From: an uncultured Rhodothermales bacterium
GTDB lineage: Bacteria; Bacteroidota; Rhodothermia; Rhodothermales; UBA10348
Direction: 5' to 3'
DNA length: 64,000 nt
NCBI GenBank assembly: GCA_964512485.1
Contig: CAZEHJ010000004.1
Span: 3,400 to 67,399 of the forward strand
Part shown: positions 1-9,700 of the stretch, piece after piece
Numbering within the stretch: position 1 is the first letter of the stretch
Layout: each line of letters begins with the position of its first letter
Notes under the pieces: generated by a model
Seen by the model: the letters and a program-made list of their open reading frames with translations, nothing else
Database searches by the model: none
Told to the model about the DNA's origin: nothing
Translations under genes and position numbers: made by a program

Positions 1-26
1 CAGTTTCCCTAGATCTTCCAAATTCG

Positions 27-893
27 ATGGCCCAGATTATTGACGGAAAAGCAATTTCGGCTCAGGTTCGAGACGAAGTTAAACAGGCCGTAACCGCACG
101 ATCCGAAGCCGGATTACGCGCTCCATATCTTGCGGTCGTTCTGGTCGGCGAAGATCCGGCATCCGCCTCATACGTTCGGGGAAAAGCCCGTGCTTCGGCG
201 GAAGTGGGCATTGAGAGCGACACGATGTCATATGACGCATCGATTGCCGAGGAGGAACTGCTGAACATCGTCGAGAAGCTGAACAATGACGATGGAGTTG
301 ATGGAATCCTGGTCCAACTTCCCCTTCCAGAACATATCGACGATCGTAAAGTGATCAATGCAATCGCTCCATCTAAGGATGTTGATTGCTTTCATCCTGA
401 AAGTGTAGGAAATCTGGTGATTGGCCTCGATGGGTTTGCTCCGGCTACACCAGCCGGTATTGTTGAGCTCCTACAGCGTTCAGGCATTGAGACGAGCGGA
501 AAACACTGCGTTATCGTCGGTCGATCCAACATCGTGGGTAAGCCCCTGGCCAATCTGATGTTGAAAAAGGGCCTCGATGCAACCGTAACGGTGTGTCATA
601 GCCGAACTAAAGACCTGCCCTCGGTCGCCAGACAGGCCGATATTCTGGTCGCTGCAATCGGTCGTGCAAATTTCGTGACGGCCGATATGGTGAAGGATGG
701 AGCAGTCGTGATTGACGTGGGTATCAATCGTGTCGACGATGCGAGCCGGGAACGAGGCTACCGTTTGGTCGGAGATGTGGACTTCGAAGCGGTTTCTGAA
801 AAGGCCAGCTTCATCACACCGGTTCCGGGCGGAGTTGGCCCGATGACCATCGCTGTTCTTCTCCAGAATACATTGAAAGCTGCCTCCAATTGA
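27..893 (+). CDS. folD: Bifunctional methylenetetrahydrofolate dehydrogenase/cyclohydrolase
   Basis: IIDGKAIS start, GILVQLPLP, KDVDCFHP, GRSNIVGKP, ITPVPGGVGPMTIA motifs. Confidence 0.98.
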   Translation: MAQIIDGKAISAQVRDEVKQAVTARSEAGLRAPYLAVVLVGEDPASASYVRGKARASAEVGIESDTMSYDASIAEEELLNIVEKLNNDDGVDGILVQLPLPEHIDDRKVINAIAPSKDVDCFHPESVGNLVIGLDGFAPATPAGIVELLQRSGIETSGKHCVIVGRSNIVGKPLANLMLKKGLDATVTVCHSRTKDLPSVARQADILVAAIGRANFVTADMVKDGAVVIDVGINRVDDASRERGYRLVGDVDFEAVSEKASFITPVPGGVGPMTIAVLLQNTLKAASN

Positions 894-1119
894 GGCTTCC
901 TGGCTTGATGTGTTGCGTAATGTATTCTGGTCTATTAGGCTGTCTACCAACATATTATGGTTTGTTTCCAGCAATCTACAGACGTCCTGATATCCTTTTC
1001 GATTTCCGCTTGAGTAATTGGTTTTCCCGCCGATCCAGTAGTCATGGGCGCACGCGCGCGAATAAATACGATGCGCAGCTTCCGGCACCGACAAACGCCA
1101 AACTACTCGGATCTTACTC

Positions 1120-4100
1120 ATGCGGACTCTCAACACACCGCGACAAATACGAAACTCGGGACGTGCGCTTCTTAGCGTTCTCTTGTTGTGCCTCCTTTAT
1201 CCGCTTTTCGGCCCTCAGCTGAATGCCCAGGCCATTGGAGACTTCAGATCCCGCAGGAATGGAAACTGGAGTAAAAGCAACCGCTGGGAAGAATACACGG
1301 GCGCCGGTTGGACCAATACCGGAAACACGCCTAATTCAGCGGACGGCGTGATAACGATCCGAAACGGACATAATATCCGCGGCAACGTCAACGCTAATTA
1401 CGATGAGGTCATCATCGAAAACGGCGGAAGTCTCGATCTGACGCAGGTTTTTAAAGTCGTTGATGGCCCTGGAATTGATCTGCAAGTGCATGGAATCCTT
1501 TCTGTCAATCGAAATGTGCGTGTCAGGGGTACGGCATCAGCGTTTTTTTACTCGACGTCCGACGTTGATTTCGGGGGCGGCAACAAGCTCAGATTCGAAG
1601 ACACTACCACAGCCACGTTTGATGGCGGTACAGTTGCAACCGCAAACGGCACATTCCAGGTCGAAGACAATGCTGTAGTCCAGGTGAACAATGGGACCGT
1701 GATAACCAATACGGGCAGAACACTTGTCAGGAACAGTGGATCTCTTACGCTCACTTCGAGCACAGTTGTCAATCAGGGCTTGTTTGACATAAATGGATCT
1801 GGCGCAGTTACCTTCGCGAATGGATCGATATATGAACACGGGCAGGACGGCAGCTACTTCCCGATTGCTGTCAGAACGACGTTTCAGGCTGGTTCTGAAG
1901 CGAGGGTCACCGGTGTTACGACGACCCTTCCTACGAGACTCAACCACACGTTTGACAAGTTCACGTGGAACTCGACTTCTCAAACAGCCGATCTGGACCT
2001 GGCAGCCGGAATTACAGCGATAAACGACGATTTCACCGTTACATCGACTGGAACGGGCTCTATCACTTGGGATGCGTCGGGGTCTGCCACAACTATCGGC
2101 GGTGACTACATCCAATCCGGCGGGGATTTTCGCTATTCAGACACCGGTTCCACCACGATGACCGTTTCAGGCAATCTGGATGTCAACGGTGGTACATTTG
2201 ACATCGCCAATACCTCCGGTACCCCAATTGTAGCCGTCGCCGGCAATTTTTCCGTTACAGGGGCCATGACCGAATCAGGAACTGGCTCTGGTACGGTCCT
2301 CCTGAACGGAGCAGGCGCACAAACCATTACTGCCAACGGTACTCTTTCGGGAAACATCCATGTGACTACCGCTGGCGCTGGACTCGCTTCGCTTACTACT
2401 GATTTGTTGGTCCCGGGAAATCTTACTGAAACGAGCGGTGGGCTCGATTTGGCCAACTTTGGCCTGGAGGTGGAAGGCAATCTCAGCATCACCTCCGCCC
2501 TCTCAAATACCGGACAAATCCTCTTTTCGAGCGCTACGGCAGCTCAACTGCAGCTTCCTGCCGGCTCCAAGACGCTTCCGGATGTTGTTATTGACAAGCC
2601 AGCCTCGTCTCTCACGATTCTTGCTGACGTTGCGACATCGACGACAGTCATCGTGAGGAATGGCACGCTCGACACCAACGGCTTCGAGTGGCTGCTGCCC
2701 CATGGGACAACTCTTTACAACACAGGTACTGTGACGGGAAATGTCACCATTCAGCGCTCATATTCCCAGAACAGCGATGGTTGGAGAATGCTGGCAGCAC
2801 CCGTAACGGGTCTCATGTATAGCGACCTGAATACCTCATTCTGGACGCAAGGAGCCCCTTGGGCATCAAAAATAGAGGGAACGGCAAACCTGCAGTCATT
2901 CGATTTCGCCTCTCAGGGCTGGACTGAATTAGGCGGAGCTGACGCCGGCTTCGGGACCGGTGGCGGCTACATCTTCTATATGTACGCGCTGGATGACCTG
3001 GGAGCACCAATTTTGCCAGCTACCTGGACTGCAACGGGTACTCCGGGAGCGATGGGAACCATGGGCCTCTCTTTCGCGACCGCGATATCAGATTCGTACA
3101 ACCTTATGGGCAATCAGTCCACCACAAATCTGGATTGGGACCTGACGCATGCTGCCAGTACCAACATGGAATCGTCGTATGCCACCTGGGACCCTTCGGT
3201 CACAACGGGTGGTGGCACGACAGGATACAAGTATTATGATGCAACCAGTGGACTCGGAGCGGCCGGTCGGTACGTAGCCCCCTTCACCTCATTCATGGTT
3301 GCCGCCAATGCTGGTGGAGCTCAGATTGTCCCGACCTCGAGCGAAGCGGCTTCCCGACAAACTGCCGTCACGTACGGTAAAAACAACCGCATTGCACCAC
3401 ATTTCCGCCTTTTGCTTGAAGGTGAGGGACTTGCCGAAAACGAGACCTATCTCTCGTACGGCGGCGAGGCCACAGACGAATCCGGTGAATTTGACGTGCT
3501 GCGCCTGCACCCCCTCTCTCTCGATTTTGTGACCCTTTGGTCTGAATCTGATGGACGCAGGCTGGCATTTGACGGCCGCACCATGGACGAAGGTCGCGAA
3601 ATCTACGACCTCACAGTTGCAGCGACCCGAAACGGACAATATTCGCTCACATTGCTTGGCAAACACAAAATCCCCGATTCCTGGACCGTTACGCTTGTTG
3701 ACCTTCAGACGGGCAACAAGGCTGACCTGAGTAACGGCGAAGAAATGCTGTTCCAGACGCGCTCTGAAGACATCGTGACGGTCAATTCAGGCTTCGAATC
3801 CACACGCGCTCCTCGATTCAGGGTGATCGTGACGGATTCAAATCGAACGGTGGAGGCATCTGAAGACCTTTTCGCACAGACAGATGTGCCCGTTCTGAGC
3901 CAGAATTACCCAAATCCCTTCAATCCATCTACTTCGATCCGTTATTCCATCCCACGTTCATCCGTGGTTTCTCTCGAAGTATTTGATGTCCTCGGTCGTC
4001 GTCTGGCCATTCTTGTGGACCAGACTCAGGATGCCGGCTGGCATGAAGTGAATTTTTTGTCTGGAAATCTTGGAAGTGGCACCTATTTATACCGCTTAGT

Positions 4101-4146
4101 CGTTGATGGCCAATCGTTTAGTAGGCCTATGCTCCTGCTTAAGTAG
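1120..4146 (+). CDS. Large secreted adhesin-like protein with beta-helix-type repeats and T9SS C-terminal sorting domain
   Basis: Signal peptide (..QLNA|QA); N-terminal GDFRS..GNW..W..ITIRNGH motif; G/T/N/S-rich repeats of the type xVxGN(L/F)xVxGG; C-terminal SQNYPNPFNPST..VFDVLGR..GTYLYRL..MLLLK CTD (~3892-4146). Confidence 0.8.
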   Translation: MRTLNTPRQIRNSGRALLSVLLLCLLYPLFGPQLNAQAIGDFRSRRNGNWSKSNRWEEYTGAGWTNTGNTPNSADGVITIRNGHNIRGNVNANYDEVIIENGGSLDLTQVFKVVDGPGIDLQVHGILSVNRNVRVRGTASAFFYSTSDVDFGGGNKLRFEDTTTATFDGGTVATANGTFQVEDNAVVQVNNGTVITNTGRTLVRNSGSLTLTSSTVVNQGLFDINGSGAVTFANGSIYEHGQDGSYFPIAVRTTFQAGSEARVTGVTTTLPTRLNHTFDKFTWNSTSQTADLDLAAGITAINDDFTVTSTGTGSITWDASGSATTIGGDYIQSGGDFRYSDTGSTTMTVSGNLDVNGGTFDIANTSGTPIVAVAGNFSVTGAMTESGTGSGTVLLNGAGAQTITANGTLSGNIHVTTAGAGLASLTTDLLVPGNLTETSGGLDLANFGLEVEGNLSITSALSNTGQILFSSATAAQLQLPAGSKTLPDVVIDKPASSLTILADVATSTTVIVRNGTLDTNGFEWLLPHGTTLYNTGTVTGNVTIQRSYSQNSDGWRMLAAPVTGLMYSDLNTSFWTQGAPWASKIEGTANLQSFDFASQGWTELGGADAGFGTGGGYIFYMYALDDLGAPILPATWTATGTPGAMGTMGLSFATAISDSYNLMGNQSTTNLDWDLTHAASTNMESSYATWDPSVTTGGGTTGYKYYDATSGLGAAGRYVAPFTSFMVAANAGGAQIVPTSSEAASRQTAVTYGKNNRIAPHFRLLLEGEGLAENETYLSYGGEATDESGEFDVLRLHPLSLDFVTLWSESDGRRLAFDGRTMDEGREIYDLTVAATRNGQYSLTLLGKHKIPDSWTVTLVDLQTGNKADLSNGEEMLFQTRSEDIVTVNSGFESTRAPRFRVIVTDSNRTVEASEDLFAQTDVPVLSQNYPNPFNPSTSIRYSIPRSSVVSLEVFDVLGRRLAILVDQTQDAGWHEVNFLSGNLGSGTYLYRLVVDGQSFSRPMLLLK

Positions 4147-4259
4147 AGCCGACTCGCCTACGTTCATCTACTTAATTCCTGATCATTTCAGCCGATAGGT
4201 GATGCAGAGGCGGAACGGTTTCGCCCCTCAATTGAGCCTTTAACCGAAGACTCTCTCTC

Positions 4260-4267
4260 AAGGAGGT
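4260..4267 (+). promoter_or_regulatory. Consensus Shine-Dalgarno site of the first pilin-like gene
   Basis: AAGGAGGT 7 nt before ATG at 4275. Confidence 0.8.
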
Positions 4268-4274
4268 ATATCTC

Positions 4275-4781
4275 ATGAAGAAAATGAAATTAACTGTTAT
4301 TGTGACCGGGCTGATCCTGTTTGCAGGATTGGCCACCACCGCAAAAGCGCAGTCTGACAATCATCTGGTAAACGTCGAAGTGCAGGCAATCAACGAGATT
4401 GCAATCGCGGCTGATGTTACACTTCAGATTACGACTGCAACGGCTGGTTCCGATCCAACGGATGCTACTGACAACACTTCGTATGCAATAACGACGAACG
4501 ATGCCGGTGGAACAACCAGAATTACAGCAGCTACGAGCGTCGACCCAGCCACGTTGGGTGATGGTCCTGCTGGTGTAGACATCCAGGTAAACGCAACTGC
4601 TCCTACGGGCGGTTTGGGTGCCGGGAATATTTCTCTCGGAACCGTTGCAGCTAACGTTGTAACCAGTATCGACCCTGTTTCTGAAGGAACACTGACACTC
4701 GCTTACACGCTGAGTGCCACCGCCGAAACTGGACAGCTGGCTTCAACTGCCGTTACAGTTACCTACACGATCGTCAACTAA
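4275..4781 (+). CDS. Secreted pilin-like subunit 1 (putative major subunit)
   Basis: Sec signal peptide (AKA|QS); A/T/V/G-rich beta protein with no Cys; N-terminal alternating LVNVEV strand; C-terminal VTVTYTI strand; paralogous to the next two ORFs. Confidence 0.65.
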   Translation: MKKMKLTVIVTGLILFAGLATTAKAQSDNHLVNVEVQAINEIAIAADVTLQITTATAGSDPTDATDNTSYAITTNDAGGTTRITAATSVDPATLGDGPAGVDIQVNATAPTGGLGAGNISLGTVAANVVTSIDPVSEGTLTLAYTLSATAETGQLASTAVTVTYTIVN

Positions 4782-4797
4782 GCAGTGAAAACTGTTT
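4780..4797 (+). promoter_or_regulatory. Stem-loop directly after the subunit 1 stop codon (GAAA tetraloop)
   Basis: AAGCAGT-GAAA-ACTGTTT, 7-bp stem with one G-U pair. Confidence 0.45.
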
Positions 4798-4832
4798 AGA
4801 ACGCGATCTGTAGATATCCCTTCAAACGATCC

Positions 4833-5369
4833 ATGCGTAGAACAATGCCCATACTGTGGTTATTTCTCGCATGGATCGTTTTGTTTTGGGTTCCCGACTC
4901 AAGGGCCCAAGTCCCTCCTCCTCTTCCTGACGCGCTCATAATGGCGGCATCCAGCCTGACCCTAAGCCAGTCGGTGACGGTTTCCGTTCAGGAAATCAAC
5001 GAACTTTCTATTTCCGGGGATGTGGCAATTACAATTTCCACTGCTTCACCGGGCTCCGGACCTGATCCTGAGAACGACACCTCCGCCAGCTACAATCTGA
5101 CCACCAACGGAGCCAACAAGAAGATTACAGGCTCGATAGATGTGGCCTACACGGCTGGAATCACCCTCTCTCTATTGCTGGCAGCGCCTTCTGGTGGCTC
5201 AGCATCCTCAAAAAACCTCAGCACCACGGCTCAAGACCTCGCCACCGGATTCGGCCTCACAGCTGAATCCAGCCTTGGCATCACCTATACAGCATCCGCG
5301 ACCGTTGACGTAGCTCCGAACGGCCTTGGTGAAACGCGTACGGTAACGCTTACGCTGATGGACAACTGA
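4833..5369 (+). CDS. Secreted pilin-like subunit 2 (Pro-rich N-terminal extension)
   Basis: Signal peptide (SRA|QV); shares VxVxVQxINE..I.xDV..I.TA..GS.P, SY..TTN, AP.GG, Y..SAT and the C-terminal TVT.T motifs with subunit 1. Confidence 0.65.
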   Translation: MRRTMPILWLFLAWIVLFWVPDSRAQVPPPLPDALIMAASSLTLSQSVTVSVQEINELSISGDVAITISTASPGSGPDPENDTSASYNLTTNGANKKITGSIDVAYTAGITLSLLLAAPSGGSASSKNLSTTAQDLATGFGLTAESSLGITYTASATVDVAPNGLGETRTVTLTLMDN

Positions 5370-5370
5370 G

Positions 5371-5880
5371 ATGAGAACATGTAGCCAACATATTCTCAGA
5401 CTTTCCGCAGCAAGCCTGGTCATCCTGTTCAGCCTCCTTTCTGCCCCACAAAGCCGGGCACAGGAGTTTCGCTACAATTCAGGCGGTGGCCCGCTAACTC
5501 TGCTGATCCAGACGGCGACGGCAGGCTCAGAGCCGAATGATGCCACTGACAATGCAACAGAAATCTACTGGGATGCCAACTTCGGCGCCCCATCCAAAAT
5601 TACAGTCTCGACTATCGCACCAGGCCAGTCTTTCCAGCTCTTCCTTTTACTTAGCGTACCAAGCCAGGGTGGTGGTGGACAAGGTGTTGCGCAGCCCGAG
5701 GTCACGTTAGTTGACGGGATGCTCGATGCAGACCTGTTTACAGACATTCCCTCCACCCTGCCAGGACGGCAAGGTTTTGGCACGCTTGAATACCGTGCAG
5801 CCGCTACAGTTGCTGATGGCAACAGTTCGATGCACGGAGATGACGTTCACATAGTCACTTTAACCGTTTTAGCCCAATGA
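5371..5880 (+). CDS. Secreted pilin-like subunit 3 (lacks the N-terminal strand)
   Basis: Signal peptide (SRA|QE); TATAGSEPNDATDN nearly identical to TATAGSDPTDATDN of subunit 1; KIT, LEYRAAAT and C-terminal IVTLTV motifs. Confidence 0.6.
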   Translation: MRTCSQHILRLSAASLVILFSLLSAPQSRAQEFRYNSGGGPLTLLIQTATAGSEPNDATDNATEIYWDANFGAPSKITVSTIAPGQSFQLFLLLSVPSQGGGGQGVAQPEVTLVDGMLDADLFTDIPSTLPGRQGFGTLEYRAAATVADGNSSMHGDDVHIVTLTVLAQ

Positions 5881-6698
5881 GCAGACAAATAGCCCTCATA
5901 CTCACTCTTTTGATGCTGGCTGTTCCTTCCTCTTCGAAGGCACAAATTTCCGTCAGATCTCAGCTTTCACAGGACACCAGCGCCCAACCTGGTGAATCCT
6001 ACGTGGGATCGATACTGATTCGCAACGATACGGATGAAATTCAGCAGGCAAAGATTTATCAGACGGATTATCTGTTCCAGTCTGACGGGTCAAACTATTT
6101 CGGCGATCCAGGAACGATTGAACGTTCAAATGCAAAGTGGATCGACGTTGCATCTTCATCCATGATGGTCCCTCCTCGTGAAGCCATCGAGGTAAGTTAT
6201 CGCGTGAACGTACCAATGGACGTAGATGCCGAACCTCTTCAGGGGTCGTACTGGAGCATCATCATGGTAGAGGGCATTCCCAAGAGCTCTCCAGAGAATA
6301 TTGAGAACGATGTACCAGACGATGCTCTGGGAATAATTCAGGTCACTCGCTACGGTGTACAGGTTGCCACTCACATTGACGGCACCGGCGCTGCAAACCT
6401 GACAATCAGTGAATCAGCTCTGTCCAAAAGCGAAGGCAACATTGCTTCTCTGCAACTGAGCGTGGCAAACGAAGGCGACAAGCTTGTCAGGCCTGAAATC
6501 TGGGTTGAGCTCTACGATGAGGCAGGAAACGCCCTTGGACGCATCGACGGAGTCAATAACCGCATTTATCCAGGAACGAGCGTCAAGCAACAGATTGAAC
6601 TGGGTAAACTCGAAATCGGAAGATACCGGGCCCTTGTCATCATGGATGCCGGAGACGATGAGGTGTTCGCGGCCGAATACAATCTGAACATCGACTAA
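5877..6698 (+). CDS. Periplasmic two-Ig-domain chaperone-like protein (PapD-like / DUF916-like)
   Basis: Signal peptide (SKA|QI); W.DV....VPP..A.EV.Y.V.VP, GSYWSIIMVE, acidic loop then LGIIQVTRYGVQV; second Ig domain with NEG..LVRP..W.ELYD..G and G.YRALVI.D; ATGA overlap with subunit 3. Confidence 0.6.
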   Translation: MSRQIALILTLLMLAVPSSSKAQISVRSQLSQDTSAQPGESYVGSILIRNDTDEIQQAKIYQTDYLFQSDGSNYFGDPGTIERSNAKWIDVASSSMMVPPREAIEVSYRVNVPMDVDAEPLQGSYWSIIMVEGIPKSSPENIENDVPDDALGIIQVTRYGVQVATHIDGTGAANLTISESALSKSEGNIASLQLSVANEGDKLVRPEIWVELYDEAGNALGRIDGVNNRIYPGTSVKQQIELGKLEIGRYRALVIMDAGDDEVFAAEYNLNID

Positions 6699-6735
6699 CA
6701 CCTGACACCTTTCAAAATCGGACACTCCAGGTCTG

Positions 6736-9700
6736 ATGAGACGATCTAGTTACATATCGGTTGTTCTGTTAATCACGGGATTGTTCGCCGTCGCACCAAG
6801 CGCAACGGCGGCTTTTTCTTTTGAAGAGGTTTCTCGGCAGGACGAAGTGTCCATCGATATAATCGGCGGAGACAGCCTTGCTGTGGACCCGGGCGATGTT
6901 GTAACACTGGTCTACAAGATCCACTCAGACCAATCGGGTGTTCGCAATCTGACTCCATCTTTTGACATTCCACAGGGATGGAGCGTCGTTTTTGGAACAG
7001 ATACGCTGAAATTGAGCCCTGAAGAACCCACGACCCGATTGGTGACCTACAAGGTTCCGGAGTCGTCACTGGCCGGTTCCTACAAGATCAACCTTGCGCT
7101 CCTTGACGCAGAGGGAAATGCGATAGGAAATAAAAGTGCCGGTATTGGAGTCAATGCAATTTTCGCGATCGACCTGGATGCAGACCCCATGGAAACCTAT
7201 GCGGCAGCCGGAAAGCTGGTTCAGGTCACTTTCACGCTTTCAAACGACGGCAACGCACCCATCTCTGTGAACCTCGATGCTGTCGACCGCAAGTTTGCTG
7301 ACGTTCGCCTACCATATTCCAGCATTGATCTGGCTCCGAAAGAGTCAGTCACCTTTACTGCCGAAATCAACACAGATGCCAATCTCGATCACACCCAGCG
7401 GGCAAACCTGCGATTTGAAGCCCAGATCGCCGAAAAAAGTGAAATATTCGATTTTGAAACTGTAGCGTTTGATATCGTACCCGTCTATTCCCGAATCCGT
7501 CCAAAAGCGGCCAGAGTGCCTCTGAGCCTTGCTCTTGAAACAGTGGGAGACGAATCCGGAATAATGCCCCAGGCCACAATCGCTGCACAGACTCACCTTT
7601 TGGGTGGCAACGTATCTGTGATTGCTACCCTTGCTGAGATGCCACGTCAGAAGTTCTTCGGAGCGGATCAGCGACTCGAAATTCAGTACGAGAACGAAGA
7701 TGTGACCGTAAAACTCGGCGATCACTCTCAGTCCATCTCACCGATGACGCTCACAGGAGAGCAAGGACTCGGAATTGGAGCAGAAGTTAAAACTACAGAC
7801 TGGACGTTTAAAGGCACTGTCCAACGTTCACGATTCGTATTCCCAGTACAGGAACGATTCGCTGCCTCAGCCGCCTACCAGACATCACCATCGTCCTTTG
7901 TAAGCGCTAACTTGCTGCACCGCAACGAATTTTACGATGGCACCTTACTTACTTTGAGAAGTTCTTCGCAGCCGCTTGGTTCTTCTTCCCGTATGGATGT
8001 CGAGTGCGGAATCGACTCTTCTGAAGCGTTGCGAGATCCCTCCTGCTCGGTTCAGTTCTCAGATAGTGGCTCCCGATTGTCGTACCGAATACGAGCTCAG
8101 AAGGCGTCGGAGTCATTTCCCGGCACACTGGCAGGACTACGCCAGATTTCCGAATACGCATCCTTCAGGCTGAACGACAGATTCCGCCTCGACAATACGT
8201 ATAGACGTTTCGATCGATCGTTGGGCGGCGGATTTGCGCGTTCGAGTTCTCTCGCGAAGGCTGGAGTCACATATACCGATCGCATTCACGGAGGTACATT
8301 GTACCTGACGGCGCATGGTATCCGCACTAAATCGACCTATTCCAATATTCGATCAGACGCGGATCGATCTGAACTTATTGCTCGAACAACCCTGGGATAT
8401 CACATGCGTTCCATAGGGTTAACGGTATCTATGGAGGAAGGTAGAACGACCTCCACCAGCGAGCAGAAGGCAGGGAGTCTGCGCCGTTTCAAGACCAATT
8501 TCAGAGTTTCTCCTCTCCCAAGATGGACGCTGAACGCGTCAGTTGAAGCATCGACGGGCAGCCTTTCCGCTCTTTCTGTACGTCAGTCGCAGAAGCAGTA
8601 TGGTCTCGGCTCCACGATCAGCCTGCCTCGTGAGTGGACGGCCAGTGTGATAGGATTTCACAGTCAGGTCAAAACCCTGATTGATCAGCAGTATTCATCT
8701 CTCAGAAGCGGCCTTTCCAAGTCATTTCGGTCCGGTCGTACTCTTTCCGCCCAGGTTCAGCTGAACCGGAGTACGGGTCGTAGTACCGTTCAAACGGCAG
8801 ATTACCGCCTTTCATTTACTACTCCACTTTCCATGCCGTTTGGTGGAAAAGGATTTGACGATGAAATGCTGCGTGGTCGCGTGACCGATGAAGAAACGGG
8901 ACTCCCATTGTCAGGCGTTCTCGTATTTCTGGGCGACAAACTTGCTATCTCTGATGACAAGGGACGATTTGTCTTCCCGAGACCTGAACTGGCTGTAGAA
9001 TTCCTTCGCGTAGATCAGAACAGTATCGGCTATGATCGCACACCCGCCGCCGCCATGCCGATGGAAATCGATCCATCCTCGTTTCTGAACTCAGAATTGA
9101 ACCTGATCATATCCAAGGCTTCCAGTATTACCGGAGACATTTTCATCTACCACAACAGTGCAAGCAGCGACCTGCTCGTTGGGAATCCATCAGACAAACT
9201 GGTTCAGGAAGGCGGAATCAATGGCGCGATAGTTCAGATTTCCAATGAGAAGCACAGACAGCGTACGAGAACATCACGCAGCGGATCTTTCAGGTTTGAC
9301 CAGCTTCCATCCGGCGAATACACTATTGAGATTATTCGCATTCAACACGAAGAACACCAACAGATTAGCACGACTTCGTTTAAGGTTTTTGTAAAGCAGG
9401 GTGAAAGTGAATACGTGCTATTCAGGGTGGAGCCGAAACGCAAGTCGATAAGGATGATTCAGTCTTCGACCCTGTCAGTAGGTGATCCTAAAGACAACAT
9501 TCGAAAAATACCTGTCCTCAAAGGAGATCACGTTTCTTCGGATTCCGTGAAAACCAAAAAGAATGATTGGAAGGCTCGCACTCCAAATCCTGAAACGCCT
9601 GTTCGAAATGAATCCAAACCTGCAAAAGGGAAATGGTCAGATCAGATGCTGGACTCTGCCAAAGAAGCCCCAAGCGATTCTCTGGACGCATTCTCTGCGG

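Noticed and set aside
890-1222. 110-aa ORF between folD and the adhesin, and antisense ORF 480-1136
   Set aside because: Overlaps real genes at both ends, has no recognisable motifs and spans a probable promoter region; treated as spurious.
4275-5880. Type V (Bacteroidota Mfa/Fim) pilus interpretation of the small subunits
   Set aside because: No lipobox cysteine after the signal peptides, and the proteins (~170 aa) are far smaller than two-domain type V pilins.
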